From Promethearchaeota archaeon (GTDB taxonomy: Archaea > Asgardarchaeota > Lokiarchaeia > Sigyniarchaeales > SOKP01), in the NCBI GenBank assembly GCA_030599585.1, contig JAUVNS010000004.1, positions 224,001 through 288,000 on the forward strand: DNA of 64,000 nt. Direction: 5' to 3'. The notes beneath the pieces are model-generated. The model did not search any database. It was given only the letters and a program-made list of their open reading frames with translations, and was not told where the DNA came from. Below are positions 9,545 to 20,312 of this stretch, one piece after another. A program made the translations under genes and the position numbers. The first letter of the stretch is position 1; every line of letters begins with the position of its first letter.

Positions 9545-10975
9545 TTATTTCTTCCGTTTTGGTTTTGAGTCAATCTTCTTGATTATGATTGTCTCTGCGT
9601 GAATCTTACAATTCTTTAGAATGATTTTAAATCCGCCCGCGCCACCTACTCCCGGAATTGTAAATGCCTGCGTACCCATTGGAACCATTGCGCCTTCAGC
9701 TTCCCATTCGCCTTCTTCTTCTTCTTCACCTAAGGCTTCTGCCCATGTCTTCACTATAGGATGATCCACTTCCTCTAACCACTTCTTTAAGTTGTTAATG
9801 TCGGGAACATCTTCTTCAGTTGCGATTTTGGGTAAAAGGTCTTTCGGAAGGAATTCTCCGACTCTATCCTTTACTCCCTTGTTCATCCACACGACAGTTT
9901 CAATTCCTTTGCTCAATCCTTGGGTAATTCCATCATATTGCTGATATTTCGGGGATACGATGTATTGTATGCTGATTCCATTGAAACCGGGCATCTGTTT
10001 ACCGCCTCCGGTCTGATTGGCCATTGCACTGAACGGTAACCCGTTAATTGCTACATCGCTATAGTTTCGATCAACAATTCCGTGTCCATTTACTTCAGGA
10101 ATATAAAAGTCAATAGCTTCGAAACAACCGCACGATGTATGAGGGAATTCCATCCCTGAAAATAGAAAAATTCTATCAATTTCACCTAACGAGCGCTTTT
10201 TTATCATTTCGTTTATTCCTTGGTATTCTCCTGCATCCTTGTTATAACATTCTCCAGGTGGAATTTCGAATAGTGGTCCTTTAGGATCAACTTTTGCCGC
10301 TGCTCTGGCGTCAAACCAATTAATTGAGCCACATAAACTTGTTCGGTCAGGAGTGATACAACACGCGTGAGTGGGAGCGAATGATTGGCACAAAACGCAT
10401 CCATAAAACATGTCTACGTCGTCATCGTGAATTGTTCGAGCTCTTTCGTCTCTTTTGTCGTAAATGCCCATCGCAAATTCGTATGGTTTCAAAATTTCTT
10501 TCGCTTCAGTATAAAAAGTTATTTGTGCTTTCTCGATTATAGGGAGTTCTGCTTTAAAGAGTCTAATCATAATTGTACCTAACATTTGGAAAGAATTGAA
10601 GCCTTTTTCGAAAGCTGCAGTAGAAATGCGCATCCAATTTGTATATCTTTGATTTAAATGCATAATCCCATTAACAAAATTGCAAAATTCGTGAACCCGT
10701 CGTTCGAAGACTGCTTCTAAATCTTCTTCGAGCTCTGGCCCGGAAACTTCAACTAAAATTCCGATTGGGTGAGTTGAGCCCTTTTCCATGTCTTTAAGAT
10801 CAAGACCATGTATTATTACCTCACCATCTTTGATTTCCTTAGCAGGTTTTACTCGAACGAGCTCGAAGTGCTTTTCCATCTTGGGACCGCCTAATTCTAC
10901 ATACATTTGCTTAGCCCTGATGCGTTCCCCTTCGTAAACGGGACCAACATCTACAGGCATGTCTGAAAAACTCAT
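9545..10975 (-). CDS. cdhC: acetyl-CoA decarbonylase/synthase beta subunit (ACS)
   Basis: YEGERIR, ELGGP, CVLCQSFAPTHAC, SLCG and HTSCGCFE A-cluster ligands; acidic linker and short C-terminal tail. Confidence 0.95.
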   Translation of the reverse strand: MSFSDMPVDVGPVYEGERIRAKQMYVELGGPKMEKHFELVRVKPAKEIKDGEVIIHGLDLKDMEKGSTHPIGILVEVSGPELEEDLEAVFERRVHEFCNFVNGIMHLNQRYTNWMRISTAAFEKGFNSFQMLGTIMIRLFKAELPIIEKAQITFYTEAKEILKPYEFAMGIYDKRDERARTIHDDDVDMFYGCVLCQSFAPTHACCITPDRTSLCGSINWFDARAAAKVDPKGPLFEIPPGECYNKDAGEYQGINEMIKKRSLGEIDRIFLFSGMEFPHTSCGCFEAIDFYIPEVNGHGIVDRNYSDVAINGLPFSAMANQTGGGKQMPGFNGISIQYIVSPKYQQYDGITQGLSKGIETVVWMNKGVKDRVGEFLPKDLLPKIATEEDVPDINNLKKWLEEVDHPIVKTWAEALGEEEEEGEWEAEGAMVPMGTQAFTIPGVGGAGGFKIILKNCKIHAETIIIKKIDSKPKRKK

Positions 10976-11014
10976 TTATTTATTCTCCTCTTAGTTCTTA
11001 TTTATAATTTAATT

Positions 11015-11545
11015 TTATAAATTTTCAATTAACTTTTCTAAAAAATCTTTCCAATCGTCGTCACTCAAATTTGGAAGGCTAAATCTGGCATTTGGATGAG
11101 AAAATTTATCCAACTCAACGAGTCGTAAGTGATTTTGAAAGTTCTTTAATCGACTTAAGGTTTGACTCACATAGTATACGAGATGTCCACCAAAAATAGC
11201 CATACGATATTGACCTTCGCCATCAAAACCTTTCCAATCTTTATCAACTAATCTACCGGTTATATTTATAAGCGACATATCCCATAATTTATCGAGAGGG
11301 AGTTTATCTTTAAGATATTTGTAAGTATGACCTGTAGATACGATGTGACAATTTAGTTTCTTAGCAACTTCGATGAAATAGTCGACTACTTTTTTTCCAC
11401 TAAGCTCCCAAGTTAAAGACTCGGAACCTATGACAAAAATCTTCTTTTTATCGTCCTTTAAGAGGTTTGCCATAATCTTAGGATCGTAAACGCTGGTTCC
11501 TTGCTCAGGTCCTGGGATATTTGCTTTTTGATACGGTCTTGCCAT
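11015..11545 (-). CDS. cdhB: ACDS complex epsilon subunit
   Basis: PYQKANIPGP, WKGFDGEGQY, YYVSQTLSRLKNF, HPNARFSLPNL; immediately upstream of cdhC. Confidence 0.9.
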   Translation of the reverse strand: MARPYQKANIPGPEQGTSVYDPKIMANLLKDDKKKIFVIGSESLTWELSGKKVVDYFIEVAKKLNCHIVSTGHTYKYLKDKLPLDKLWDMSLINITGRLVDKDWKGFDGEGQYRMAIFGGHLVYYVSQTLSRLKNFQNHLRLVELDKFSHPNARFSLPNLSDDDWKDFLEKLIENL

Positions 11546-11699
11546 ATTTTCATCAATTTCCTCTGTTAAAGATTTTACATGTAAGTTTTTAAATAATTGC
11601 TTTATTTTATTTTATTAACCGTATTTTAAAAAATTTGGTTTTATTTAATTTAACCAATTTAAATGGTGCTAATATTAAATTTAAGGAGAAATTTCTGGC

Positions 11700-12002
11700 A
11701 TGTGTGAATTTAAGGTAATAAAGAAAAACGATGGCTCACAGATATTAGAGGATATTGTAATTTTATCATATACGGAAGATAATGAATTATTATTCAAAGA
11801 TATCCTTGGCATGGGTGAAATTTTAAAATCCGCCCTTATAGTTGATGTAAATACTTTGAATCAAACTTGCGTTGTTTTGGAGCATCCTCTTATACAAAAT
11901 TTCGTTAGGATGATAGAGAAAATTAATTCTAAAACGATTTCAAGAGAAGATATTGAAAAGTTTGAGAAGCAGCTTACTAGTCTTAAAGAGCGCATTCTCT
12001 AA
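11700..12002 (+). CDS. cooT: CooT-family nickel-binding protein (with C-terminal helical extension)
   Basis: N-terminal MCE, ILEDI and KDILG pattern of CooT; divergent from cdhB. Confidence 0.7.
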   Translation: MCEFKVIKKNDGSQILEDIVILSYTEDNELLFKDILGMGEILKSALIVDVNTLNQTCVVLEHPLIQNFVRMIEKINSKTISREDIEKFEKQLTSLKERIL

Positions 12003-12059
12003 GTAGGAAACGAGATCGTTCGTTAATCTTTTTAAATTAGCAAATCTTCTTATAAGAGC

Positions 12060-12926
12060 ATGGATCCAAGATTTTATGAAGATATTACTGAATTTTATAA
12101 AGTAGCATATCCTTTTTTGTTGGAACATGAGGCAGAAAATAATCTCCCGTTAGCTATTCTTATTTCTCTAAAAAAAAACATAGAAGTATATGGAGAAGAG
12201 AAGCCTCTTTTATTTTCGCTAACTGACGCTGAAATTGTGAAGTTAATCGCTATAAGAACGCCACCACACGATCTAATAATATCCTACACTGATGATTTAA
12301 GCACAATTGAAGTGCTTACTGAAGAGCTTACAAAGCGAAGTGAAGAATTGCCAGGTGTGTTAAGTTTTAAAGATGCCGCAGATAAATTTGCCGAGCGATG
12401 GTGTGAAAAAAATTCGTTAAAATATAATCTTCTTAGGAAAGAGAGGATATATAAATTGGTAAAAGTTTCAGAAGAAACCCTTGGACACAGAAAGTTCTCA
12501 GTTGCTCTAAAAGTTCATCAAAAATTAGTGTTCCAATGGGCACGTGAAATGATGAAGGAGGCATTAATAGATACAACTGAAGACAATATTCAAAGAATGA
12601 TTGAAATTTTAAGAGAAGAATTTGAGCTGGATAAAAGTCGTATGTTTTTACTATTTGAAAATAATGAACCCATTTCAATGGCGAGGAAAGCAGGTAAAAC
12701 ACCAAACGGTGTTTTTGTGAACTTCGTTTATACTCCAATTCCCTTGAGAAGGAAGGGGTATGCGACTGAATGCGTGGCAAAACTAAGTAACCACCTTTTA
12801 AAAGCAGGGAATAAGTATTGCTTTCTTTTTACAGATTTGAGTAATCCAACCTCAAATAGCATATATCAAAAGATAGGATACAAGCCAGTAATTGATGCAA
12901 ACCACTATAAATTCTTGGAAAAATAA
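12060..12926 (+). CDS. GNAT-family acetyltransferase
   Basis: VYTP..LRRKGYAT motif A; LFTDLSNPTSNSIYQKIGY. Confidence 0.85.
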   Translation: MDPRFYEDITEFYKVAYPFLLEHEAENNLPLAILISLKKNIEVYGEEKPLLFSLTDAEIVKLIAIRTPPHDLIISYTDDLSTIEVLTEELTKRSEELPGVLSFKDAADKFAERWCEKNSLKYNLLRKERIYKLVKVSEETLGHRKFSVALKVHQKLVFQWAREMMKEALIDTTEDNIQRMIEILREEFELDKSRMFLLFENNEPISMARKAGKTPNGVFVNFVYTPIPLRRKGYATECVAKLSNHLLKAGNKYCFLFTDLSNPTSNSIYQKIGYKPVIDANHYKFLEK

Positions 12927-13033
12927 TTAAAGATATTGTTTGAGGAATATCATGTGATTTGATAGAAGTATTAAATCTCATATCTCCTTTTAATAAAAAA
13001 TTATAATAATCCAAGAATTCATAGAGAATAATA

Positions 13034-15082
13034 GTGAATTCGTTGAAAAAGAAGGACTTAAAGAAATCGCTGAATCTTAAGAAAACTTTTGTTTCTATTA
13101 ATAATCATTTATATGGGAAATTAAAATATGCTGATACAGACACTCGAGCACGTTCAAAAGAAATAATTAATCTTTTATTGTGTAAATTAGTTGATGAAAT
13201 AAATAAGTCCCCAGAAGATGAAATGGAGATTTATGTAAGAGAAGGAGAGACAGAAAAAGAGCTACTTGAGCGGATTCAAACCTTTTTTCAACTGAATGTT
13301 AAGAAGAAATATCCTAATATAATGGGGGAAAACGAGCAAATAACTTTGAATAAGGATTTGCTATTCATTATTATTAAAGAACTGGGAAAAATTTCACTTC
13401 TTGAATCATCTAAAGATATTTTAAGCGATGCCTTTGAAATTTTTGTAAGTAAAATGTTAAAAGATGAGGGTGGGCAATTCTTTACCCCTCCAAATATCGT
13501 AAAATTTATGGTAAATTATTTAGATCCCGAAGAAGATTCAAAAGTATTAGATCCTGCATGTGGACATGGTGGATTTCTTCTTGAAACAAAGGAGTTGCTA
13601 TGGTCCAAGATAGATAATGAGCAGAAAAAAATAAGCGCAATTTCTAACTTACACGGTATAGATAAAGACTTATTCTTAGCAAGAATTTGTAAATTATACT
13701 TAGAAATCTTAAGCAGTGGCAAATCTAATGTATTCTGTGAAGATTCGCTAGACCCCTTTAGTTATAGGGAACAGGCAAAGAAAACAATAAAAAATAATTA
13801 TTTTGATTCTATACTAACTAATCCCCCATTTGGGGCAAAAATTCCAATAAATAATAAAGAAATATTAAATGAATACGAATTCGGGCATATCTGGAAGAAT
13901 ATTGATGGAAATTGGCAAAAACAAGAGAAGCTTGTTAAACAACAACCCCCACAGATATTATTTATTGAAAGATGTGTTCAACTCCTTAAGGATGGTGGAA
14001 AATTAGGAATTGTTTTGCCAGAAGGTATTTTTGGAAACCCCTCAGATAGATATATATGGGATTTTCTTAAATCAAATGGTAAAATTTTAGGAATTGTATC
14101 CTTAGATCAAAATACATTTCAACCCTATACTTGTAATAAAACTTCAATACTGTTCTTTCAAAAGTTAAAGGATATTCCAGATGATTATAAGATTGATTTT
14201 ACTATAGTTAATAATGTGGGGCACAATAAGGACGGTAAAACTCAATATATTTTGAATAAAGATGGAACTAAGAAATTAGATAAGGATAAAAATCCCATAA
14301 TAAATGATGATTTAATCAATCTCCATATAAAATTAAAGAATGCTGAAGATTTTAACTACCAAAAAGAGCAAAAACTCTTTAAAATTAATTTTAGTCAGAT
14401 TAAAAATAGTATTTTTATCCCCTCTTATTATATTGGCGTCGAAAAACCATTAAAGGCTCTAGAAAATAACGGTGATTTTCAGTTAATTTCTATAGGCGAT
14501 CTAATTAATAAAAAAATAATATACACAAAAAATAGAGATTTTCTTCCTAGAGGTGTCGAAATTGGTTCTAGCGTGTATGGGTTAGGCTCTATTCCTTTCA
14601 TACGGACCAGTGATATAAACAATTGGGAAATTAACTTAGATTCCCATAAGAAAACCTCTGAAGAAGTTTATAGTCAGTTTAAAACCAAGCAGAATATAGA
14701 AGTTGGGGATATCCTCTTGGTTAAAGATGGGGGACCAAACCTTATTGGGAAAAATGCGTATATCACCAAATTAGACACTAGAATCATTATTCAGAGTCAC
14801 ATTTTCCAAATTAAAATCATTAAAAACAGTGAAAACATCGATGCATATCTTATTTTGCACCTTTTAAACTTAGATATCGTTCAAAAACAGATTAGAGCAA
14901 TAACATTTGTGCAAGGAACTATTTCTACTATCGGTAATAGAATTTTAGATGTTAAATTGCCACTACCGACTGATCTAAGTAAGAGAATAAAAATTTCAAA
15001 CTATATTAAAGATATTATTAAAGATAAAACTGAGGCAAGAAAGAAAATATATAATCTCTCTCTAAATTCTTTCGACGATTAA
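13034..15082 (+). CDS. N6-adenine DNA methyltransferase (HsdM-like) fused to a type I S-like target recognition domain
   Basis: GQFFTP, LDPACGHGG (SAM binding), TNPPFG (catalytic), GIVLPEG; C-terminal PFIRTSDI...GDILLVKDG...LPLP resembles a TRD. Confidence 0.85.
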   Translation: MNSLKKKDLKKSLNLKKTFVSINNHLYGKLKYADTDTRARSKEIINLLLCKLVDEINKSPEDEMEIYVREGETEKELLERIQTFFQLNVKKKYPNIMGENEQITLNKDLLFIIIKELGKISLLESSKDILSDAFEIFVSKMLKDEGGQFFTPPNIVKFMVNYLDPEEDSKVLDPACGHGGFLLETKELLWSKIDNEQKKISAISNLHGIDKDLFLARICKLYLEILSSGKSNVFCEDSLDPFSYREQAKKTIKNNYFDSILTNPPFGAKIPINNKEILNEYEFGHIWKNIDGNWQKQEKLVKQQPPQILFIERCVQLLKDGGKLGIVLPEGIFGNPSDRYIWDFLKSNGKILGIVSLDQNTFQPYTCNKTSILFFQKLKDIPDDYKIDFTIVNNVGHNKDGKTQYILNKDGTKKLDKDKNPIINDDLINLHIKLKNAEDFNYQKEQKLFKINFSQIKNSIFIPSYYIGVEKPLKALENNGDFQLISIGDLINKKIIYTKNRDFLPRGVEIGSSVYGLGSIPFIRTSDINNWEINLDSHKKTSEEVYSQFKTKQNIEVGDILLVKDGGPNLIGKNAYITKLDTRIIIQSHIFQIKIIKNSENIDAYLILHLLNLDIVQKQIRAITFVQGTISTIGNRILDVKLPLPTDLSKRIKISNYIKDIIKDKTEARKKIYNLSLNSFDD

Positions 15083-15083
15083 T

Positions 15084-15521
15084 ATGAAGATAGAAAAGTT
15101 TAAGATTGAATATTACGACGATGTTTTGAAACTCTGGAGAAAAGCAGGAATTGAAGTAGTGTCTTCAGACACGATTGATGAGGTAACAAGAGTTCTTAAC
15201 AGAAATCCCGATCTCTTTTTGATAGGGAAGATAAAAGAAAGAGTAATGGCCATTGCGATGGGTGCGTTTGATGGAAGGAGGGGTTATGTTCATCACCTTG
15301 CAGTAGACCCAGATTACCAGAAGAGAGGTTTTGGTAAAACTATTATGGATGCGTTAATCGAACAATTTCGAAAAATGAATATCCACAAGGTTCACTTATT
15401 CATCGAAAAATCAAATAGAAACGTTGTAGAATTCTATAACAATTTAGGTTGGGATGTGAGGGAAGATCTTATCATGATGAGCTATGTACCGGATAAAAAG
15501 TTATATAAAAGGCACATGTAA
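15084..15521 (+). CDS. GNAT-family acetyltransferase (YpeA-like)
   Basis: DGRRGYVHHLAVDPDYQKRGFG, N.NVVEFY..LGW. Confidence 0.85.
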   Translation: MKIEKFKIEYYDDVLKLWRKAGIEVVSSDTIDEVTRVLNRNPDLFLIGKIKERVMAIAMGAFDGRRGYVHHLAVDPDYQKRGFGKTIMDALIEQFRKMNIHKVHLFIEKSNRNVVEFYNNLGWDVREDLIMMSYVPDKKLYKRHM

Positions 15522-15551
15522 TGTTTAAAACTTGTAGTGTGAATTAAAAAA

Positions 15552-15803
15552 TTATTTTTTAAGACTGATTAATTTTATTGCGTTATTTGGACACCTGTGA
15601 TAACACACAGAGCACCCCCCACAAATATAATCAGAAGTAATTGTGATAGCTTTTCCTTGGTCATTCAATTTTCTGATGTTTAATGGACAAAACTTTATAC
15701 AAGTACCGCACGATTTACAGTTCGGTAGTATTGTTATGGCTTTATATGTTAATTTAGATAATTCCTTGATTTTTTTTTGTAACCTAGACGAGGTTGATTT
15801 CAT
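15552..15803 (-). CDS. 2[4Fe-4S] ferredoxin
   Basis: CKSCGTCIKFCP and CGGCSVCYHRCP. Confidence 0.85.
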   Translation of the reverse strand: MKSTSSRLQKKIKELSKLTYKAITILPNCKSCGTCIKFCPLNIRKLNDQGKAITITSDYICGGCSVCYHRCPNNAIKLISLKK

Positions 15804-15871
15804 TAACTAAAAAAAAGAATTATTGTTCATAAAAAGTTTGAAAAAAAAAATTAGGTTTGTTGCCTAATCTT

Positions 15872-16894
15872 TTAAGAGATATTTGCACATAACTTTTTTA
15901 ATATTTCTTCCGCTTTTTTTGAGAAAGTAGTTATAATATCGCCAACATCTATTATGGAATCGATCATTCCACAAGTTTGCCCAACAGGTATTGCTCCATC
16001 TTCTACATCTCCTTTAGTATACACGATCTCGTAGCGATAAAGATCTTCTAAAAATGCATCCATATCTAATGATAATTCTTGAGCGATTTTCTCTTCTTTT
16101 GTGATGAGTTTTCCATGTTCAAGGCAATATTTATTTTTCAATAACCTAATCGGACCAAAACCACCAGTGGTGAGCATAGTATCTCGAGCTGTTGCTGGTG
16201 GAATTAAAGCTTTGTAATTTGGGTGGAACTCGCTTTCAGTAGAAGCGATAAACCGTGTTCCCATTGCAACTGCATCTGCCCCCATAGCTATTCCTGCGGC
16301 TACACTTTCCGGATTTGCAATCCCTCCGCAAGCAACTAACAGTTTTTCGGGGTATTTTTGAGCAACTTGTGAAACAAGAACCATTGTAGTAATTCCTTCA
16401 TAGCTCTGATGACCGCCCCCTTCAGTTCCCGTCGCACATACACCATCACAGCCCGCTGCAAACGATTTATCTACTAACCATAAAGCAGGAGAAACGTGGA
16501 AATGTTTCACATCTGGAGTTTTCTCTTTCAACAACTTACTTGCAAATTTTGAACCTCCAGCACTCGTAATAATGTAAACTAATTGTTCGCGAAGTTTTGG
16601 ATTTTGTTTAATATTTTGAATAATTTTCCTTAACATTATTTTATGATCAGTTTGTATTCGAGCTGTTCTAACATTTACACCAAACGGTTTATCGGTGTGT
16701 TCAAGCACATATTCTAACTGTGCTATCATGTCTTTAACAGAATTTTTCCCCCGTAAAGTCGCATGACTTAATACTCCAAGCCCCCCTACTTCAGAAACGG
16801 CAACAGTTAACTTAGTGGTGTAAAAAGGTCCCATCGGAGCGCTTATAATAGGATATTTGATCCCAAATAATTCAGTTAATCTTGTCTTTATCAT
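15872..16894 (-). CDS. nitronate monooxygenase / FabK-like FMN-dependent enoyl reductase
   Basis: TRLTELFGIKYPIISAPM, GTEGGGH, GGI, MGADAVAMGTRF, GQTCGMI. Confidence 0.85.
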   Translation of the reverse strand: MIKTRLTELFGIKYPIISAPMGPFYTTKLTVAVSEVGGLGVLSHATLRGKNSVKDMIAQLEYVLEHTDKPFGVNVRTARIQTDHKIMLRKIIQNIKQNPKLREQLVYIITSAGGSKFASKLLKEKTPDVKHFHVSPALWLVDKSFAAGCDGVCATGTEGGGHQSYEGITTMVLVSQVAQKYPEKLLVACGGIANPESVAAGIAMGADAVAMGTRFIASTESEFHPNYKALIPPATARDTMLTTGGFGPIRLLKNKYCLEHGKLITKEEKIAQELSLDMDAFLEDLYRYEIVYTKGDVEDGAIPVGQTCGMIDSIIDVGDIITTFSKKAEEILKKLCANIS

Positions 16895-17048
16895 CTTTTT
16901 TCCTACATAGATTTCATTATATGATAGTTAATACTACCCTTTTGGGATTAAAAAATCTTTTTTATATCTCTATAAAATTGTCTAAAATTAGTAAAAAATA
17001 TTTTAAGGAATAAAAATTGGATGTTATTAACTAAGCTTACTATCATAA

Positions 17049-18473
17049 GTGATTTTAATGGAGTATGAAGAAATACAAGAACGATTAAAAATAATAACGA
17101 ATACCCCTATCAAACTAATTCCAGATGACGATATGGCAAAAATCCGTAAGGATATGGCAAAAAAATGCCCGATTACAAAAGAAATGGACAAACAATTTAG
17201 AACACACATTGCGGGGGGAACAGAACATCAATTAGCAATTAAAGATCCATTCGTTCTTACTATCAAGCGTTCTTCTGGAACTCGAATGTGGGATATGGAT
17301 GATAATGAATACATTGATTGGTTGATGAGCTCGGGAGCTTGTATGCTGGGACACAATTTTCTTCCATTAAAAGATGAAATAATCAAAGTCTACCATGATT
17401 TAGACCCAAACATTTATTATAATAATGAATGGGAAATAAAATCGGTAGAGATGATAAAAAAGTATGTGCCATCTATAGAATTAATGCAGTATTTTCAATC
17501 GGGCACTGAAGCCGATATGGCAGCTCTTCGAATAGCAAGAGCCTTCACAAAAAAGGAGAAAATTATTAAATGTGCAGGTTCTTATCATGGTTGGTGCGGA
17601 CAATTATGTGTAGATATGCATGTTCCCTTTTCAGGCGCCATGGAGGCACATGGTATTCCTAGTGGAGTTTATAAAAATACGCTAGTAGTTCCTTTGAATG
17701 ATGTTAAAGCTCTCGAAGATTCCTTAAAGAAGTGGACAGAGAAAAGAAGTGGGGTAGCAGCCGTATTAGTTGATCCTCTGGGAGGTGATGCTGGTGGCTT
17801 AGCAACGAAAAAAGATTGGCTCAGATCGGTAAGAGAGTTATGCGATAAATATAATGTTCTTTTGATTTTTGACGAAGTAATCACAGGATTTAGGTTAGGC
17901 ATGGGTGGAGCTCAAGAATATTTCAAGATAAAACCAGATTTAACTCTTTTTGGTAAATTACTTACGCATGGGTTTCCAAGCTCCGGAGCTGTTGGTGGTC
18001 GTAAAGATGTTATGAACAATTTGACCATAAGTGTGGAACCTGGAGGAAATAAAGCTTTTGTGGGTGGAACCTTAAGAGGTAACCCCTTAACCGCAGCATC
18101 TACCTATTGGACATTAAAACTTATGGAGGAACATAAAGCTCACGAGAAAGCTAAGAATGCCGCGGAAGATCTTGTTAAAAAATTGAACCTTTTATTTGAA
18201 AACGACGGAAGACCATATTTTGCACACAATATCGAATCTATAGTTCATTTTGAAACGTTTTCTCCTTTAGCTTTGGACCTTTCAGACATAAACAATGTTG
18301 AAATTATCATGAAGCGAGCAGAAGGGGTCGATCGTATAGCAACAGCTTTACTCTCTCAAGGAATTATAACAAAATATGGAAATCGAGGTTTTACCTGTAT
18401 GCAACACACAAATGAGGAAAACGATAAATTTATCGATGCCTTTGAAAATGTATTACAAATGATTCCTAAATAA
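17049..18473 (+). CDS. class III PLP aminotransferase (glutamate-1-semialdehyde aminomutase-like)
   Basis: SGTEA, GSYHG, FDEVITGFR, PDLTLFGK (PLP lysine), GGTLRGNPL. Confidence 0.8.
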   Translation: MILMEYEEIQERLKIITNTPIKLIPDDDMAKIRKDMAKKCPITKEMDKQFRTHIAGGTEHQLAIKDPFVLTIKRSSGTRMWDMDDNEYIDWLMSSGACMLGHNFLPLKDEIIKVYHDLDPNIYYNNEWEIKSVEMIKKYVPSIELMQYFQSGTEADMAALRIARAFTKKEKIIKCAGSYHGWCGQLCVDMHVPFSGAMEAHGIPSGVYKNTLVVPLNDVKALEDSLKKWTEKRSGVAAVLVDPLGGDAGGLATKKDWLRSVRELCDKYNVLLIFDEVITGFRLGMGGAQEYFKIKPDLTLFGKLLTHGFPSSGAVGGRKDVMNNLTISVEPGGNKAFVGGTLRGNPLTAASTYWTLKLMEEHKAHEKAKNAAEDLVKKLNLLFENDGRPYFAHNIESIVHFETFSPLALDLSDINNVEIIMKRAEGVDRIATALLSQGIITKYGNRGFTCMQHTNEENDKFIDAFENVLQMIPK

Positions 18474-18572
18474 CTCTGAATAGCTCAAGCTTAGGTCGTA
18501 AATTCTAAAGATTTGAGGCATAAAAGGGAAATAAAATGCAACATCTTCCATAAATCGATTCTTTTTCGTTAA

Positions 18573-19364
18573 TCAAATGTATTTCTGATGTAACTCTCTT
18601 ATAAAATCATCTATTTCCTTTAAGTCTTTAACGCTGTTATCATACGCCACCTTCCCGCATTCATCTTCTAAGTCAAAATATGCTTTAATACGACCTTTTT
18701 CCATAATAGTTAGCATTGATTTTAAGAAGATTGAGAATTTTGGTTGATATTTACTGATTTCTTTTGCAAAAGCAACGGTTTCTGTGTCCAATTTATCGAA
18801 TGGAAAAATTCTTGCAGGGAAATTAATATTTTTTAGTTCTGTTACTCCTATTTTATCTGTAGTATAAAGCAAATTTTTAGCATAGTTGAAACCAAACGCC
18901 ATTAAAGGCAATAATGTTGCTCCCGTCTGTGGAAATGCTGAAATTGCAAGTTCTGGTAACCTTAAATATAAATCTTCTATTGGCCTGTCTGCAAACACCT
19001 TCAAATCAGAAGCTAATATCATCATTACTCCAAAACCAATGGCAATGCCCTGAATTTGCGTAATTATCGGTTTTTTCATAAGAAGCATTGTTTCATTAAC
19101 CTTTCTTCCCCACTGTTGAATAATAGCGACATTTAATGGATCACCCTGAATTTCTTTTAAATCGTAACCCGCAGAAAAGAATCTTTGCCCAGTACTTTTT
19201 ATCAAAATACATCTAACTTTTTCATCGTCATCTGCTTTAATCAACTTTGCGTGAAGAGACTTTAACATATCCCCGTTAAATGAATGTGCTTTTTCTGGCC
19301 TGTTAATTGTGATTATTGCGATACGACCTCTCAATTCATACAAAATTAAATCTTGATTGCTCAT
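18573..19364 (-). CDS. enoyl-CoA hydratase/isomerase (crotonase) family
   Basis: INRPEK, FSAGYDL, KPII....G.AIG.G, LPE. Confidence 0.85.
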   Translation of the reverse strand: MSNQDLILYELRGRIAIITINRPEKAHSFNGDMLKSLHAKLIKADDDEKVRCILIKSTGQRFFSAGYDLKEIQGDPLNVAIIQQWGRKVNETMLLMKKPIITQIQGIAIGFGVMMILASDLKVFADRPIEDLYLRLPELAISAFPQTGATLLPLMAFGFNYAKNLLYTTDKIGVTELKNINFPARIFPFDKLDTETVAFAKEISKYQPKFSIFLKSMLTIMEKGRIKAYFDLEDECGKVAYDNSVKDLKEIDDFIRELHQKYI

Positions 19365-19511
19365 ACGATTAGTAAATTGAAATTTTATTTAAAAGATATC
19401 ATTAAGAAGCTAATTTAGTCTTCACCATAAATAAGTTTAATTTTAAATATGGATGAAAAATTGACATAAATACCAAAACAAATTTTAAGCAATATTATCT
19501 TCAGGACGATA

Positions 19512-20207
19512 ATGCGTAAACTGACGAAAAATCGAGTAATCAAATTCATTCGAGATAATGGTGGGTATTTTGGAATTATAGGAGCAATATCGATGGCACT
19601 ATCGGCTGTAATATCATATTTTTTGAACTCTTCTGTGAATCATAGTTTCAATATAGTATCATATGCAGTGAGCGATTTAGTATCAGGACCAATGATCTCA
19701 AGTGTTATTTTCACTGTTGGAATATTGATCTCTAGCTTTTCTCAAATACCTACATATATCTCTTTAATAAATTATTTTAAATATAAGGAGAGTTCCATTA
19801 TTTTGTTCAAAGTTATCGTACTCAGTTCCCTAATTTCAGTTATTAGCCATAATATCTTAAGTTTAGTTCCTTTAAATAGGAATGTTTTGCCTTTATTCCT
19901 AACTCATGGGATTGCTGCAGGAATTCACTATGTAGTAGGTTCAGTATCTTTAATTTTAATTGGTATAATTGAACTTCTAAAAATAATGTCTTCCAAGATT
20001 TTAGTGGTTATATCATTTATATCTGGGGCATTATATAGTATGGTTTGGATAAGATATTTTATTTCTTTGATAGTTGGAAAACCAGATATTTTGATGAATA
20101 ATTCGATTCAATGGTTCACACTTGCTGGAATTATCCTATGGTCGCTATTTCACGGTATATTTTTAATCAAAGCTAAAAAGCGAGACTTCGACAATACAAG
20201 AATTTAA
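19512..20207 (+). CDS. membrane protein (DUF998-like)
   Basis: About 6 TM helices; VSDL..GP and H motifs. Confidence 0.55.
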   Translation: MRKLTKNRVIKFIRDNGGYFGIIGAISMALSAVISYFLNSSVNHSFNIVSYAVSDLVSGPMISSVIFTVGILISSFSQIPTYISLINYFKYKESSIILFKVIVLSSLISVISHNILSLVPLNRNVLPLFLTHGIAAGIHYVVGSVSLILIGIIELLKIMSSKILVVISFISGALYSMVWIRYFISLIVGKPDILMNNSIQWFTLAGIILWSLFHGIFLIKAKKRDFDNTRI

Positions 20208-20312
20208 GAAATCTCTTTTTTATATTCAATTTTCATGTCGTTATAACATTAATTAACTAACGAATCTAATATAAATATATTTTAAACCAAATTAAACAAA
20301 AAATAAATATAT

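Noticed and set aside
17049-18473. Calling this gene hemL
   Set aside because: No tetrapyrrole genes nearby and the sequence is divergent; only the class III aminotransferase family is supported.
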